Positions 1 to 13,299 of a stretch of 64,000 nucleotides of DNA are shown here, in pieces. Source of the stretch: Squalus acanthias (lineage: Eukaryota); contig CM059431.1 of NCBI GenBank assembly GCA_030390025.1, forward strand, positions 152,336,001 to 152,400,000, in the 5' to 3' direction. Made by a program: the position numbers and the translations under genes. Each line of letters begins with the position of its first letter. The first letter of the stretch is position 1. The notes under the pieces were generated by a model. That model did not search any database. It worked only from the letters and a program-made list of their open reading frames with translations, and was not told the origin of the DNA.

Positions 1-202
1 GTTGGGAGCTGGGGGCGTGGCGGGGGGGGGGGTGGAGGGGAGAGTCTATTTGTGAAGTGAATCCCATGGGAGGCAGTGACATTGTGTTTGTGAGTGAAAT
101 GCGCTGTACAGACGGGATGACGGCAGAAGGAAATGCAGAATGTGAACGTTGTAGTGGTCAATGACAACCGGGTTAGGTCTTTTTACAATATTAAAGATGT
201 GA

Positions 203-276
203 GCCCGGATATCTCAGACGGTAGAGCATTCAGCCTTTTAATCTTCGGGTCCAACTTTCAAGTTTCTGTTTAAGCG
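203..276 (+). pseudogene. Degenerate tRNA-Lys(UUU) gene copy
   Basis: gcccggatatctcagacggtagagcattcagccttttaatct...ttcaagtttctgtttaagcg aligns by eye to vertebrate tRNA-Lys-TTT (gcccggatagctcagtcggtagagcatcagacttttaatctgagggtccagggttcaagtccctgttcgggcg) with several stem mismatches. Confidence 0.75.
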
Positions 277-649
277 CTGCTTATAAACGAAGATTTTTAA
301 TTCCTACTTACATGCAGCCCCGTAAAACATGACCAATTCACCATGACCGTTCCTGCTGTCTGAACAAAACCGGTTGATGTATTTCGAAACTTTGCAAGAA
401 AGCCTGAATCTTTCTCAGTCCTGAAAGGTTCAAAAGTCCAAGCTTCCAGAATCATTTTGAGGACTGATTACCAGATTTATAACAACCCTCTGTGTGCTAG
501 AAAGCTTCATGAATTCGCTCCTCAATGACTTAGAACTAATTTTAAAAGCATTTCCCATTGAGAATAAGAGTCCAGATTTCTAATAAATTGTGTGCGAGCA
601 AGTGCGTCCAAATTTCAGCCAGGGTAGATCTCTACATGGCATTATCTGA

Positions 650-712
650 TCGCGGCTAGCTCAGTCAGTAGAACGGCAGGCTTTTAATCTGAGGTTCCCA
701 GGGTTAAAACTA
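650..712 (+). pseudogene. Degenerate, 3'-truncated tRNA-Lys(UUU) copy
   Basis: ggctagctcagtcagtagaacggcaggcttttaatctgaggttcccagggtt. Confidence 0.65.
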
Positions 713-1000
713 GTGCTTTAAAAATTAAAATTCTGAATTACCTCTACGGGCAACGCCTTATAACAGGAGTAATTTCTGCTGATCTCACAACGGTGATTGC
801 TGGAGGTACATTGAGCGGTATTTTTCGAGATGATCAATTCTCACTTTAATGCAGCCCTATGAGACACGAGTATTTCAAGCTGATCTTTCCTGCTGTCTAA
901 TTAAAACTCATTAATAAATGTTGAACGTCTGTCATCGCACCTGATTTTTCAAAGATAAAACATTTTCTAATATATTCTTCATATGTTTTAAAAATTTTCA

Positions 1001-1974
1001 ATGGATCAGGGAGTCGGATGCAGCATTTCCAAATTTGCAGACGACACTAAACTAGGAGGGGGGGTGGGCTCAGAGGAGGAGACCAGGAAGCTCCAGAGCG
1101 ATTTGGACAGACTGGGTGATTGGGCGGATAAATGGCAGATGCACTATAATGTGGACAAGTGCGAAGTTATCCACCTTGGGTGCAGGAACGGGAGGGCAAA
1201 TTATTATTTAAATGGCAATAAATTGGGAGAGGGGGAAGTACAGAGAGACCTGGGTGTTCTTGTACACCAGTCACTGAAGGCGAGCATGCAGGTGCAGCAG
1301 GCGGTCAAGAAGGCAAACGGTATGCTGGCCTTCATAGCAAAAGGGTTGGAATACAGGAACAGGGATACCTTGCTGCAGCTGTACAGGGCACTTGTGAGAC
1401 CACACCTCGAGTACTGTGTACAGTTTTGGTCGCCTCATCTGAGGAAAGATGTTCTTGCCATGGAGGGGGTGCAGCGGCGATTCACCAGGCTGATACCAGG
1501 AATGGCGGGATTGACCTATGAGGAGAGACTATGTAGTTTAGGGATGTACACACTGGAGTTTAGAAGATTGAGAGGGGACCTCATAGAAGTGTATAAAATT
1601 CTGACAGGTCTAGACAGACTAGATGCAGAAGGAATGTTTCCCTTGGCGGGTGAGAACAGAACTAGAGGACATAATTTAAGGATAAGGGCTAAACCATTTA
1701 GGACAGAAATGAGGGGGAATTTCTTCACTCAGAGGGTGGTGAACCTGTGGAACTCATTGCCACAGAGGGCAGTGTACGCCAGCTCATTAAATATATTTAA
1801 GAGGGAATTAGATATATTTCTACAGGCAAAAGGGGTTAAGGGTTACGGAGAGAAGGCGGGGACGGGATACTGAATTGGAGGATCAGCCATGATCTCATTA
1901 AATGGTGGAGCAGGCTCGAAGGGCCGGATGGCCTACTCCTGCTCCTATCTTCTATGTATCTATGTATCTATGTA
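1001..1974 (+). mobile_element. Young 5'-truncated CR1 LINE (3' end of ORF2 plus 3' UTR)
   Basis: Uninterrupted 290-aa ORF with KFADDTKL (RT), RPHLEYCVQFWSPH and FFTQRVVNLWNSLP; 3' UTR ends in a (tctatgta)n tail; interrupts the tRNA cassette spacer. Confidence 0.92.
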
Positions 1975-2057
1975 TATCAGACTTTTTTTTATAGGTTATT
2001 TTCTAATGGCACCGTTTTCAAGTGTGAACTGGGTCATGTTTTCATTGATGAGAGCAA

Positions 2058-2110
2058 CGCCCAAACAGGGACCTGAATCCTGGACCCTCAGATTAAAGTC
2101 TGACGTGCTA
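2058..2110 (-). pseudogene. Partial tRNA-Lys(UUU) copy (3' two-thirds)
   Basis: Reverse complement reads tcagactttaatctgagggtccaggattcaggtccctgtttgggcg. Confidence 0.7.
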
Positions 2111-2229
2111 TTATTGGACTTCTTATTAACATTAAACAGGTGTACAACATCGGGACCATCCCTTTGTACCAGACAATCATTCCGTTAATAGTTTTAGCTG
2201 CAACAATTAAATTCATCATGAAAGACAAT

Positions 2230-2992
2230 TCCCAGAAATTCGGCTTTCCGGCTTCCTGCTGGTGCAAGCATCGCGCACGTACTTGCCCACCGCGCCAGCA
2301 GTTGTGTTTTGGGCCCAGGAGAACTTCAGGTCCTGGGTCTCCTCCAGCTGCCGGCGCGCAGTGCTTGTGTATCCCAGGGGCGCAGCTAGTTAGAAGCGGC
2401 CCCTGAGATCACGTGGGCCATGGAGAGCAAATCCTAGAAGGGCATTTTCATTCATAGATTTCACAGGAAGACCTGTCAAATCTATGAATAGAGATCGGCC
2501 CCAAAGCCACACTTAAACTTCAGATAAATTCTTAAAAAAAGAATCACATTTTTAAAATAAATATAAGTTAAATAAATTAACTATTTTACATAAAATTTTT
2601 AATTTTAAAAAACGAATTATACTTTGTAATGGTGCTAAATATAAACTTACCTTTCTTTAAAGTATCTAAAAAAGATAAACCTGTTGAAATTTTTTTAAAT
2701 TGTAATTAATTAACCACTTACTTTGTTAAAAACAGGCCTTGCGCCTCCTTTTTAAAAGCGCAGCTTCTTCATACTTACCCTCACGGAGAAAAATGAAAAA
2801 AAAATCGAAGTTCGCTGCGTGCGCGTGGCCTCTCCCGCGCACGCGTTCGACTTCTGAACCCCTTCCTTCAGGGGAACGGAAGTTCCGGTTTTCCCGTGCA
2901 TGCGCAATACATGCAGAAAACCGGCACTTCAGATGGCCTTACGGATGAGTACACAGCGAGTACTCAACCGACAACAGACGAATTTCTCTCCC
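2230..2992. mobile_element. Probable non-autonomous DNA transposon (MITE-like) insertion
   Basis: Ends carry the inverted motif agaaattcg (2234-2242) / cgaatttct (2979-2987); the flanks catcatgaaagacaat and attgttattattcagt are nearly adjacent in the paralogous cassette at about 4225-4262. Confidence 0.55.
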
Positions 2993-3024
2993 ATTGTTAT
3001 TATTCAGTGATATTGTGCATGGTC

Positions 3025-3640
3025 CATGTCTCTGCAACATTTACAGCAGGCACCTCAAATCACTGGAGAGGTACCACCAACGCTGCCTCAGCAAGATCCT
3101 GCAAATCCATTGGCAGGATAGGCGCACTAACGTCAGTTTTCTCGCTCAGGCCAACATCCCCAGCATCGAAGCTTTGACCACACTCGATCAGCTCCGATGG
3201 ACGTGTCACATCGTCTGCATGCCCAATATGAGACTCCCAAAACACGTGCTCTATTCGGAGCTCCGACACGGCAAGAGACACACAGGTGGGCAGAGGAAAG
3301 GCTTCAAGGACACCCTCTAAGCCTCCTTGAAAAAGTGCAACATCCCCACTGACACCTGGGAATCCCTGGCCCAAGACTGTACAAAGTGGTGGAGAAGTAT
3401 TCGGGAAGGCGCCGAACACCTCGAGTCTCTTCACCGGGAACAAGCGGAAGCCCAGCGCATACAGTGGGAGGAGCGCACATCAACCCAGACACCCCACACA
3501 CCCGGCCCTTCATCCAATGTCTGCCCCACCTGTGACAGAGACTGTAGGTCCGACATCAGGCTCATCAGTCACCTGAGAACTCATGTTTAGTGTGAAAGCA
3601 AGTCACCCTCGGTTCCGAGGGACTGCCTAAGATGAGAAGA
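3025..3640 (+). mobile_element. RTE-clade LINE 3' fragment, degenerate
   Basis: Peptide LERYHQRCLSKILQIHWQDRRTN...QLRW..HI...RLPK.VLYSEL..GKR..GGQRK.FKDTL, then a C-terminal CxxC...HLRTH zinc finger; in-frame stop at 3318-3320. Confidence 0.8.
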
Positions 3641-3738
3641 TTGACAAACGGGATTACTGCAGAAGGAAATCCAGAATATGAACGGTGTAATGTTCCATGT
3701 TAGCCACGGTAGGTCGCTGCGCAATCTTGAAAATATGA

Positions 3739-3810
3739 GTCTGGATAGCTCAGTCAGCTGAGCATCAGAATTTTAATCTGAGGTCCATGGTTCAATTCCG
3801 TGTTCGGGCG
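3739..3810 (+). pseudogene. Degenerate tRNA-Lys(UUU) copy
   Basis: gtctggatagctcagtcagctgagcatcagaattttaatctgaggtccatggttcaattccgtgttcgggcg. Confidence 0.8.
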
Positions 3811-4082
3811 CTCCTTTGAAATTAAAATCTTCAATTCTATATCTCAAGCAACACCCGTGAAATTTGAGGCTTTCAGGATGAACTTTTCTGCTGACGCAAT
3901 AAAGCTCATTAATATCTGCTCAACGTTTACCACAGCACAGATTTTTTAAATATAATGAATTTTATAATATTATCTTTATATGTTTCAAAACTCTGCAAGC
4001 AAAGCTGATTTTTTGACAGGTTATTTTGAAATGGCACGGCTTTCAAGTGGAAACTAGGTTTTGTTTTCATTAATAAAAGCGA

Positions 4083-4133
4083 CGCCCGAACAGTGACTTG
4101 AATCCTGGACCCTCAGATTAAAGTCTGAAGCTC
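4083..4133 (-). pseudogene. Partial tRNA-Lys(UUU) copy
   Basis: Reverse complement reads tcagactttaatctgagggtccaggattcaagtcactgttcgggcg. Confidence 0.72.
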
Positions 4134-4825
4134 CATTTTTGGATTCATTCAACATTAAACAGCTTTGCGACATTGTGATCATTCGTTTGTCCGATACAAC
4201 CATTCTCTTACGAGACTTTAAGCACATCATGAAATACATTAACCAAATTGTTATTATTCAGTTCCCCTGTGCAATCTCTCCTTTAACATTTATTAGCTTT
4301 TAGAAATTAAAGTTTGCTATGTCGCCCTTGACATATAGTAATCTATTGAACTTCAAAAAACTGGTCAAGAATGCCTTCCTTAAATCCTATACAGAATATG
4401 AATTGCACAAAGCCTCTTCAGAGAAACTTACAGCACAGAAGGAGGCCAATCGGCCCATTGTGTCTCTGCTGGTTCTTAGAAAGAGCAGTCGTGCTTATTC
4501 CCACATCACCGCTTTTTTGCCCATAACCCTAAAGGTTCCTAATTCTCAAGTGTCTGTCCAACTCCCTTTTAAATTTATTCACAGAATTATTTTCCACAAC
4601 ATTTTAAGTTGTTCACATTCTGCAATTCTTTCTGCAGTAAACCCGTCTGTGCAGCGTATTTCTCTCGCACACCCACTCTCACTCCCTCCCACAGGCTTCA
4701 CTTCACAAATACCCTCTCCCCGCAAACCCCCGCCATGCACTTTAATATTTTGTTTTTATGCGGTTGCATGAGTGAAAGTATAAATTGATCTTGAGCTAAC
4801 TGCAACTGTAGAGCCAGTGAAAAGA

Positions 4826-6262
4826 TAGAATTATAGAAATCATAGAAATTTACAGCACAGAAGGAGTCCATTCGGCCCATCTTGCCGCTGCCGGCCGACA
4901 AGGAGCTATCCCACTTTCCAACACTTGGTCGGCAGCCCTGTAGGTTATGGCACTCAAGTGCATATCCAAGTACTTTTAAACTGTGATGAGGGTTTCTGCC
5001 ACGCCACCATTTCAGGCAGTGAGTTCCAGACCACCATCGCCCTCTGTGTGAAAAGATTCCCCTCAACTCGACTCTAAACCTCCGATCAATTACTTTAAAT
5101 CTATGCCACTTGGTTATTGACCCTTCTGCTAAGAGAAATAGGTCCCCCTTATCCACTCTATCTGGGCCGCTCATAATTTTATACACCTCAATTAGGTCTC
5201 CCCTCAGCCTCCACTGTTCCAAAGAAAACAACCCCAGCCGATCCAATCTTTCCTCCAGCTAAAGTTCGTCAGCCCAGGCAACATCCTCGTAAATCTCCTC
5301 TGCACCCCCACTAGTGCAATCACAAAATTCCCGTAATGTGGTGATCAGAACTGCACGCAGTATTCGAGCTGTGGCCTAACTTGTGTTCCATACATTTCAA
5401 GCATAACCTCTCTGCTATTATATTCTATGCCTCGGCTAATGAAGTCAAGAATCCCTATGCCTTCTTAACCAGCTTATCTACCTGTCCTGCTACCTTCAGG
5501 GATCTATGGAAGTGCACTCCAAGGTCAATCTGATCTTCTGCACCATTTTGTAGTTTATTCCCTTGTTTTTCTAGCCCTCCCTAAATGCATTACCTCATAC
5601 TTCTTCAGATTTAATTCCACTTGCTACTGTTCTACCCACCTGACTAGTTCATTGATATCTTCCTGCATTGTGCAGCCTTCATCCGCATTCTGAACCACAC
5701 TGCCAATTTTTCTCTCATCTGCAAGCATCTTAATCATACTTCCTATATTCAAGTCCAAACCATGGATATATACCACAAAAAGCAGAGGACCCACTATTGA
5801 GCGCTGCGGTACCCCAATGGAAAAAGCGTTTCAGTCACAAAAACACACTTTGACCATTACCCTCTGTTTCCTGCCTCTGAGCCAATTTTGTATCCAATTT
5901 GCCACTTTGCCTTGAATCCCATGGGATTACACTTTCGTTACCAGTCTGCATTGCGGGACTTTATCAATAGCCTTGCTAAAATCCATATACACGACATCAA
6001 ACGAATTACCCTTATCGACTTTCCTTGCAGCCTCCACAAAAACAAATCAGTCAAGTTAGTCAGACACGATCTTCCGTTGACATATTCATGATGACTGCCC
6101 CTTATTAATCCCCGTCCTTATCAATGATGATTTGTCCTGTCCCTCAGGAATTTTTCCAATAAATTTCCCACCACCGAGGTTAGGTTGACTGGCCTGTAAT
6201 TACTAGATCTATCCCTTTTTAACTTTTAAACAACGGTACCACGTTAGCAGTCCTCCACGATG
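4826..6262 (-). mobile_element. Degenerate CR1 LINE (RT region to 3' tail)
   Basis: ORF fragment RLGLFSLEQWRLRGDLIEVYKIM; tail seen as atagaattatagaaatcatagaa; frameshifts present. Confidence 0.85.
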
Positions 6263-6555
6263 TGCAATGTATGTAAGTAGCAGACCGTTTCGGAAATACT
6301 TTCAAATGTGTGTGCTGGGAACTGATAGATTAAGACTAAACACGGACGGTTGGAAAATGCAAACACAGCTTCAAAAGCAACCCTGTGCGAAAATGGGAGA
6401 AGAGCATAAGAACATAAGAAACTGGAGCAGAGTAGGCTAGACGGCCACTCGAGCATGCTCCACCATTCAATATAATCATGGCTGATCTTCGACCTCAACT
6501 CGACCTTCCCGTCTGATCCCCATATCCCTTGATTCGCTTCGAATCCAAAAAGCTA

Positions 6556-6800
6556 CCAACAACAACAACTTGTATTTATATAGCGCCTTTAATATAGTAA
6601 AACGTCCCATGCCGCATCACAGGAGTATTAAAAGACAAAATAATTGACACCGAGCCACATAAGGAGATATTAGAGCAGGTGACAAAAAGTTTGGTCAAAG
6701 TGGTAGGTTTTAAGGAGCGTCTAAAAGATGAAAAGATAGGTAGAGAGGCGGAGAGGTTTAGGCAGAGAATTAAAGAGCTTCGGAACTAGGCAACAGATCT
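6556..6800 (-). mobile_element. LINE 3'-end fragment (L2-like tail)
   Basis: (caa)n then cttgtatttatatagcgcctttaa...gacaccgagccacat; related copies at about 22010-22145 and 60360-60800. Confidence 0.5.
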
Positions 6801-7084
6801 TAGCCTGAATATACTCAACGACTAAGCATCCAGAGCACTCTGCGATAATTAATTCTAAAATTTCACAAGTCATTGAGTGAAGAAATTGCTTCTCATCTCA
6901 GTCTTAGGGGGGAGTGGTAAGGTGAGGGGACATTTAGAAATCTACAGAGGTAGGTCAAGGCAATAGAGCAGTTCCTCGATTCGGGTAAAAATAAGCAGAT
7001 TGTGACAGGAAGGGACAGAGAGTTTAATGTAGCAGTGCAGCAGAGAATACGGTCAAAGCAGGGAATAATGGTAAAAAAAAATTA

Positions 7085-9025
7085 AAGCCTCTTTATCTGA
7101 ATGCATGAAGCGAGATAGACGAACTAGTGGCACAAATAGAGACAAATGGGTTTGATTTAACAGCCATTACAGAGACATGGTTGCAAGGTAGCCAAGGTTG
7201 GGAACTAAATGTTCCAGGGTACTTGACGTTTCGAAAGGACAGGCAGATTGGAAAATGAGGGGTAGTAGCCCTGATAATAAAGGATGACATAAGGACAGTA
7301 GCGAGGAAGGATCTCGGCTCGGAAGATCAGGAAGTAGAATCAGTGTGGGTGGAGATTATGAATAACAAGGGGCAGAAAACACTGCTAGGAGTAGTATGTA
7401 TGCCGCTAACAGTAGCTATACCGTTTGACAGAATATTAATCAAGAAATATTTGGAGCTTGCAAAAAAGGTAATGCAATAATCTTGGGGAAATGTAATCTT
7501 CATATAGACTGGAGAAACACAATTAGCAAATGTAGTCTGGAGGAACATTTCATGGAATGCATTCGGGACAGTTTACTAGGACAATATGTCATGGAACGAA
7601 CAAGGGAACAGGCTATATTAGATCTTGTATTGTGTAATGAGACAGGCTTAATTAACGATCTCATAGTAAAGGATCCTCTGGGGCAGAGTGATCATAATAT
7701 GATAGAATTTCACCTTAATTTTGAGAGTGACATGCCTCCGTCCGAAACTAGAGTCTTAAACTTAAATAAAGCCAATTACATAGGCACGAGGGGCGAGTTG
7801 GCTAAGGTAGATTGGAAAAATAGATTAAAAGGTATGGTGGTAGATAAGCAGTGGCTTGCATTTAAATAAATATTTCATAATACTCAACAAAAATTCATTC
7901 CATTGAGAAACAAAAATTGGAAGGGAAAAGTGATCCAACCGTGGCTAACTAAAGAAGGTAAAGATAGCATTAGATTGAAAGAATAAGTTTATAATCTTGC
8001 AAATAGTAATAGTAAGTCTGGGGATTGGGAGAATTTCAGAAACCAGCAAAGGTTGACAAAAAATTGATTAAAAAGGGAAAGAAATAGAATATGAGAGAAA
8101 ACTAGCAAGAAATATAAAAGCAGATTAAAAGAATGTCTACAGGTATGTAAAAAGGGAAAGAGTTGCAAAGGTTAACGTTGGTCCCTTAGAGGCTGAGACA
8201 ACATAAATTATTATGCGGAATAAGGAAATGGCAGAAATGTTAAACAAATATGTTGCATCTGTCTTCACAGTAAAATACACAAAAATGGTAGGAAAACAAG
8301 AGTCTAATGAGGGTGAGGAACTTAACGTATTTAATATAAGAAGAGAAAAAGTTCGAGAAACTAATGCGACTAAAAGCCGACAAATCCCCTGGAGTTGACG
8401 GCCTCCATGCTCGGGTTCTAAAAAAAGTGGCTGAAGAGATAGTGAATGCATTGGTTTTCATCTTCCATAATTTCCCTGGATTCTGGAATGTTCCCAGCTG
8501 ATTGGAAGGTCACAAATGTAACACTGATATTCGAGAAAGGAGGGACAGAAAAAACAGGAAACTACAGGCCAGTTAGACTGACATCACAATTCGGGAAAAT
8601 GCTGGAATCCATTTCTAAGGAAGTGGTATCAAGTCACTTAGAGAAAGTCAGAACATGATTAGGCAGAGTCAACATGGTTTCATGCAAGGGAAATCATGTT
8701 TGACAAATTTATTAGAGAGTTTTGAGGATATAACTAGCAGGGTAGATAAAGGGGAACTAGTGGATGTAGTATATTTGTATTTCCAGAAGGCATTCGATAA
8801 CCTGGCACATAAAAGTTTATTACACAAGATACGGACTCATGGGTTTGGGTGTAATATAGTAGCAGGTATAGAGGATTGGTTACGGACAGAAAACAGAGAG
8901 TAGGGCTAAACGGATCTTCTTCAGGTTGGCAAGCTGTAAGTAGTGGGGTGCTGCAAGGATCAGTGTTGGGGCCTCAGCATTTTACAATCTATATTAATGA
9001 CCTACATGAAGGGATCGAATGTAAT
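7085..9025 (+). mobile_element. Degenerate CR1 LINE ORF2 (APE endonuclease to start of RT)
   Basis: Fragments AITETWL, ILDLVLCNE..SDHNMIEF, GNYRPV, QHGF..GKSCLTNL, QGSVLGP; many stops and frameshifts. Confidence 0.85.
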
Positions 9026-11797
9026 GCACTCCAAGGTCCCTTTGTTCCTCTACACTACTCAGTGTCCTACCATTTAATGTGTATTCCCTTTCCTTGTCAG
9101 CCCTCCCCAAATGGATAACCTCACACTTCTCCGGATTGAATTCCATTTGACAGTGTTCTGCCCACCTGACCAATATATTGATATCCTCCTGCAGTCTACA
9201 GCTTGCTTCTTTAGTAGCAACAACACAGGCGATTTGAGTATCATCTGCAAACTTCTTAATCATACCCCTTATATTCAAGTCTAGATCATTGACATATACC
9301 ACAAGAAGCAAGGTACCTAGTACTGAGCCCTGCGGAACCCCACTAGAAACAGCCTTCCAGTCACAAAAACACCCATCAATCATTACCCTCTGCGTCCTGT
9401 CTCCGAGCCATTTTGAATCTAAATTGACACTTTGCCCTGGATCCCATGGGCTTTTAACTTGGTTACCAGTCTGTCATGCGAAACTAAACAAAAGCCTTGC
9501 TAAAGTCCATATAAAGGCACTACCCTCATCTACCCTCCTTGTTTTCTCCTCAAAAAAATCAATCAAGCTTGTCAGACACGCCCTTCCCTTAACAAATCCG
9601 TGCTGACTATCCTTGATTAATCCGTGTCTTTCTAAATGAAGATTTATACTGTCCTTCAGAATTCTTTCTATTAATTTTCCCACCACCGTGGTTACGCTGA
9701 CTGGCCTGTAATTACTGGTTCTATCCGTTTCACCTTTTTAAAACAAGGGTACCGTTTAATCTGTCCTCCGGTCCTCCGGCACCACACCTGAAGCCAGAGA
9801 GGATTGAAAAATGGTGGTCAGGGCATCTGCTATTTTTTCTTTTGTTTCGCTTAACAGCCTGGGATACATTCTTCCGGGCTTGGGGATTTATCCATTTTTA
9901 AAGCTGCTAATCTCCTTAATACCTCCTCTCTCACTATGTTTATTTCATCTAATATTTCACACTCCTCCCCCCTGATACCAATGTCTGCTTCGCCCCTCTC
10001 CTTTGGGAAAACAGGCGCAAAGTAATCAGTAAGAACCCGACCGACGTCTCCCGCCTCCGCATGCAGATTACACTCATGATCTCCAATAAGCCCAACCCTT
10101 TCTTTAGTTATCCTATTGTTCTTAATATATTTATACAACATCTTTGGGTTTTCCTTGATTTTACCTGCCTAAAATGTTTCATGCTCTGTCTTTGCTTTCC
10201 AAGTATCCTTTTTAATTGAACCCCTGCACTTTCTGTACTCCTCTAAAGATTGTGTAGTATTTAGCCCTCGGTATCTGTCATACGCCTTCCTTTTTTTTAA
10301 TCCTACGTTGTATGTCCCTAGACATCCAGGGGGCTCAAGCTTTGTTAGTCCCATCTTTTTTCTTTAAGGGCACATATTTGGTCTTACTCCTCCGGATCTC
10401 CTCCTTGAATGCCTCCCACTGCTCTGACACTGATTTTCCTTCAAGTAGCTGTTTCCAGTCCACAATGGCTAAATCCCCTGTCAGTTTAGCATAATTTGCT
10501 TTTCTCCAGTTTAGAATTTTTATTCCTGGTCTGTCCTTGTCCTTTTTTCCAGAAGTACCTTAAACCTAACAGAATTATGGTCACTAGCAACAAAATGCTC
10601 CCCCACTGATACGCCTTCTTTATTCCCTAAAACTAATTCCAGAACCGATCGCTCCCTTGTTGGGCTTGCTACATCCTGACTAAAAAGTTCTCCTGGATGC
10701 ATTTTAGGAATTCCTCTATACCCCAAACACTAATTTTATCCCAGTTAATATTGTGGTAATTGAAATCTCTACTAGTACTGCCCTATATTTTTGCACTTCT
10801 CAGAAATGTATCCACATATTTGTCCTTCTATCTTAACTCTCACTTTTTTGGGGTCTATAGTACACTCCCAGCAGTGTGATCGCCCATTTTTTGTTTTTCA
10901 ATTCGACCCATATGGCCTCGTTTGATGATCCCTCCAACAGAATTTCCCTCCTCACAGATGTAACAATTTCTTTAATCAACCATGAACCCCCCTCCCTTTT
11001 CGCCTCGCTCTCTCTCCAGTCTGAAAATACTGTAACCAAGAATGTTGAGCTGCCATACCTGCAACTATTTTAGCCACGTCTCAGTAATAGCTATAATATC
11101 ATAGTCCCAAGTATCTACCTGTAACCTCAGCTCATCTTCCTCTTTCGCTATACTCCTTGCATTTAAATATATACCATTTAGTACAGGCAAACCTCCTTGT
11201 TGACTACTGTCTAACCCTTGATTCCTCTGTCCTTCCAATTTACTTTCTATGTTTTTGTTTTCCAATTCCTCCTTATTGAATCTATACTTAGATTCCTATC
11301 ACCCTGCCAAGCTAGTTTAAACACTCCCAACAGCACTAGCATAACCTCTCGTGAGGATATTGGTCCCGTTCCCGTTGAGGTGCAACCCGTCTGGCTTGTC
11401 GAGGTCTCAACTTCCCCAGAAACGGTTACAATTCCTCAGGAATCCAAAGCCCTCCGTCCTACAACATCTCTCCAGACACGCATTCATCTGCGCTATCTTC
11501 CTATTTCTGTTCTCACTAGCACGGGGCACTGGTAGAAATCCGGAGATTACTGACTCTGAGGTCCTGCTTTTTAACCTTTTTCCTAGCTCCCTAAAATCTG
11601 CCTGCAGGACCTCATCCCTCTTCCTACCTACGTCGTTGTTACCGATATGGACCACGACCTCTGGCTGTTCACCCTCCCCCCTCAGAATGTCCTGCAGCCG
11701 TTCAGTGACATCGTTGACCCTGGGACCAGGGTGGCAACATACCATTCTGGAGTCACGTCTTTGGCCGCAGAAACGCCTGAATGCTCCCCTAAGTATT
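9024..11797 (-). mobile_element. CR1 LINE with part of ORF1 (SGNH-esterase-like) and ORF2, degenerate, truncated at both ends
   Basis: ORF1-like RMVCCHPGPRV.DVTERL..ILRGEGEQPEVVVHIG.NDVGRKRDEVL; ORF2 YLNARSI...IAITETWL, QGSVLG, KFADDT. Confidence 0.88.
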
Positions 11798-12718
11798 GAT
11801 GTAACTAGCAGGGTAGATAAAGGGGAACTTTTGGATGTAGTATATTTGGATTTCCAAAAGGCATTCGATGAGGTGCCACATAAAAGGTTATTGCACAAGA
11901 TTCGTTCTAATGGGTTTGGCGTAATATAGTAGCATGGATAGAGGATTGGTTAACGGGCAGAAAACAGAGAATAGCGAAAACGGGTCTTTCTCAGGTCGGC
12001 AGGCTATAACTAGTGGGGTACCGCAAGGTTCAGTGTTGGAGCCTCAGCTATTTGCAATCCATGTTATTGAGCTAGCGTGTAATGTATCCAAGTTTAGTGA
12101 CGATACAAAGCTAGGCGGGACAGAAAGTTGTGAGAAGAACACTACGAGTCTGCAAAGGGATATAGATAGACTGAGAGAGTGGGCAGTAAATTGGCAGATG
12201 GAGGATAATGTAGGGAAATGTGATGTTATTCACTTCTGTAGGAAGAATAGAAAAGCATAATATTTTTTAACGGGTGAGAATCTTTTAAATGTTGGTGTTC
12301 AGAGAGATTAGATTGTTCTCGTGCAAGAAACACAGGAAGCTAGCATGCAGGTACAGCAAGCAATAAGGAAGGCAAATGGCATGCTGGTTTTATTGCAAGG
12401 GGGTTGGAGTATAAGAATAAGGATGTCTTGCTACAATTATACAGGGCCTTGTTTAGATCACACCTGGAGTACTGTGCACAGTTTTGTTCTCCTTATCTAA
12501 GAAAGGATACACTTGCCTTATAGGCGGTGAAACAAAAGGTTCACTAGATTGAATCCTGGGATGAGAGGGCTGTCCTATGATGAGAGATTGTGTAGAATGG
12601 GCCTATATTCTCTGGAGTTTAGAAGAATGAGAGGTGATCTCATTGAAACACACAAGATTGAGAAGGGGACTAACACGGGGGTAAATGTTCTCCTGACTGG
12701 AGAGTCTAGAACTAGAGG
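11798..12718 (+). mobile_element. Degenerate CR1 LINE (RT to C-terminal region)
   Basis: DVVYLDFQKAFD.VPH.RLL, SGVPQGSVLEP, GLYSLEFRRMRGDLIE. Confidence 0.85.
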
Positions 12719-12723
12719 AGCTT

Positions 12724-12797
12724 GTCCCGGATGCTATAGTCGGTAACGCGTCCGACTTTTAATCTGAAGGTCCAGGGTTCAAGTCCCTGTTGAGAGG
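12724..12797 (+). pseudogene. Degenerate tRNA-Lys(UUU) copy
   Basis: cccggatgctatagtcggtaacgcgtccgacttttaatctgaaggtccagggttcaagtccctgtt; B box intact. Confidence 0.78.
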
Positions 12798-13197
12798 CTG
12801 CTTTTAACAGTGAAGACAACACGTAAGTTTACACTTGAAAGCAATGACATCAGAAAATACCCCATCCAAAGAATCATACGTTTACTTGCAACGGTTTAAT
12901 ATAGATTAAGTAAATACTAGAAAATGTAATATAGTTCAAACTTCAGGTGTTGTGACAAACATGCAACGCATATTAACAAGTTTTATTCAGACAACAGGGA
13001 AGAGCAGCTTGAAATGTTCGTGTTTCATGTGGCTGCATGGACATAGAAATTGACCATCTCGAAACTACCGCTCAATGTACCTTAAAGCACCGCCACGATG
13101 ACAAAACTTTCAAATACGTTAATGAGATCAGAATGGACGGTTTTTGCTTCAGGGGGTTGCCTTAAAGATGGAATTGAGAATCTTGATTTAAAAGCAG

Positions 13198-13269
13198 CGT
13201 TCGTACAGGAACTTGAAACCTGAACCACAGATTAAAAGCCTGATGTTTCAACGACTGAGGAATCTGGGC
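13198..13269 (-). pseudogene. Degenerate tRNA-Lys(UUU) copy
   Basis: Reverse complement reads gcccagattcctcagtcgttgaaacatcaggcttttaatctgtggttcaggtttcaagttcctgtacgaacg. Confidence 0.7.
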
Positions 13270-13299
13270 TCGCGCCTTTTATTTATAACCCAGCGACTT

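Noticed and set aside
11351..11929. 192-aa ORF as a chimeric gene
   Set aside because: It is antisense CR1 ORF1 fused by chance to an RT fragment at a nested junction; the paralogous region at 38569-39116 is broken.
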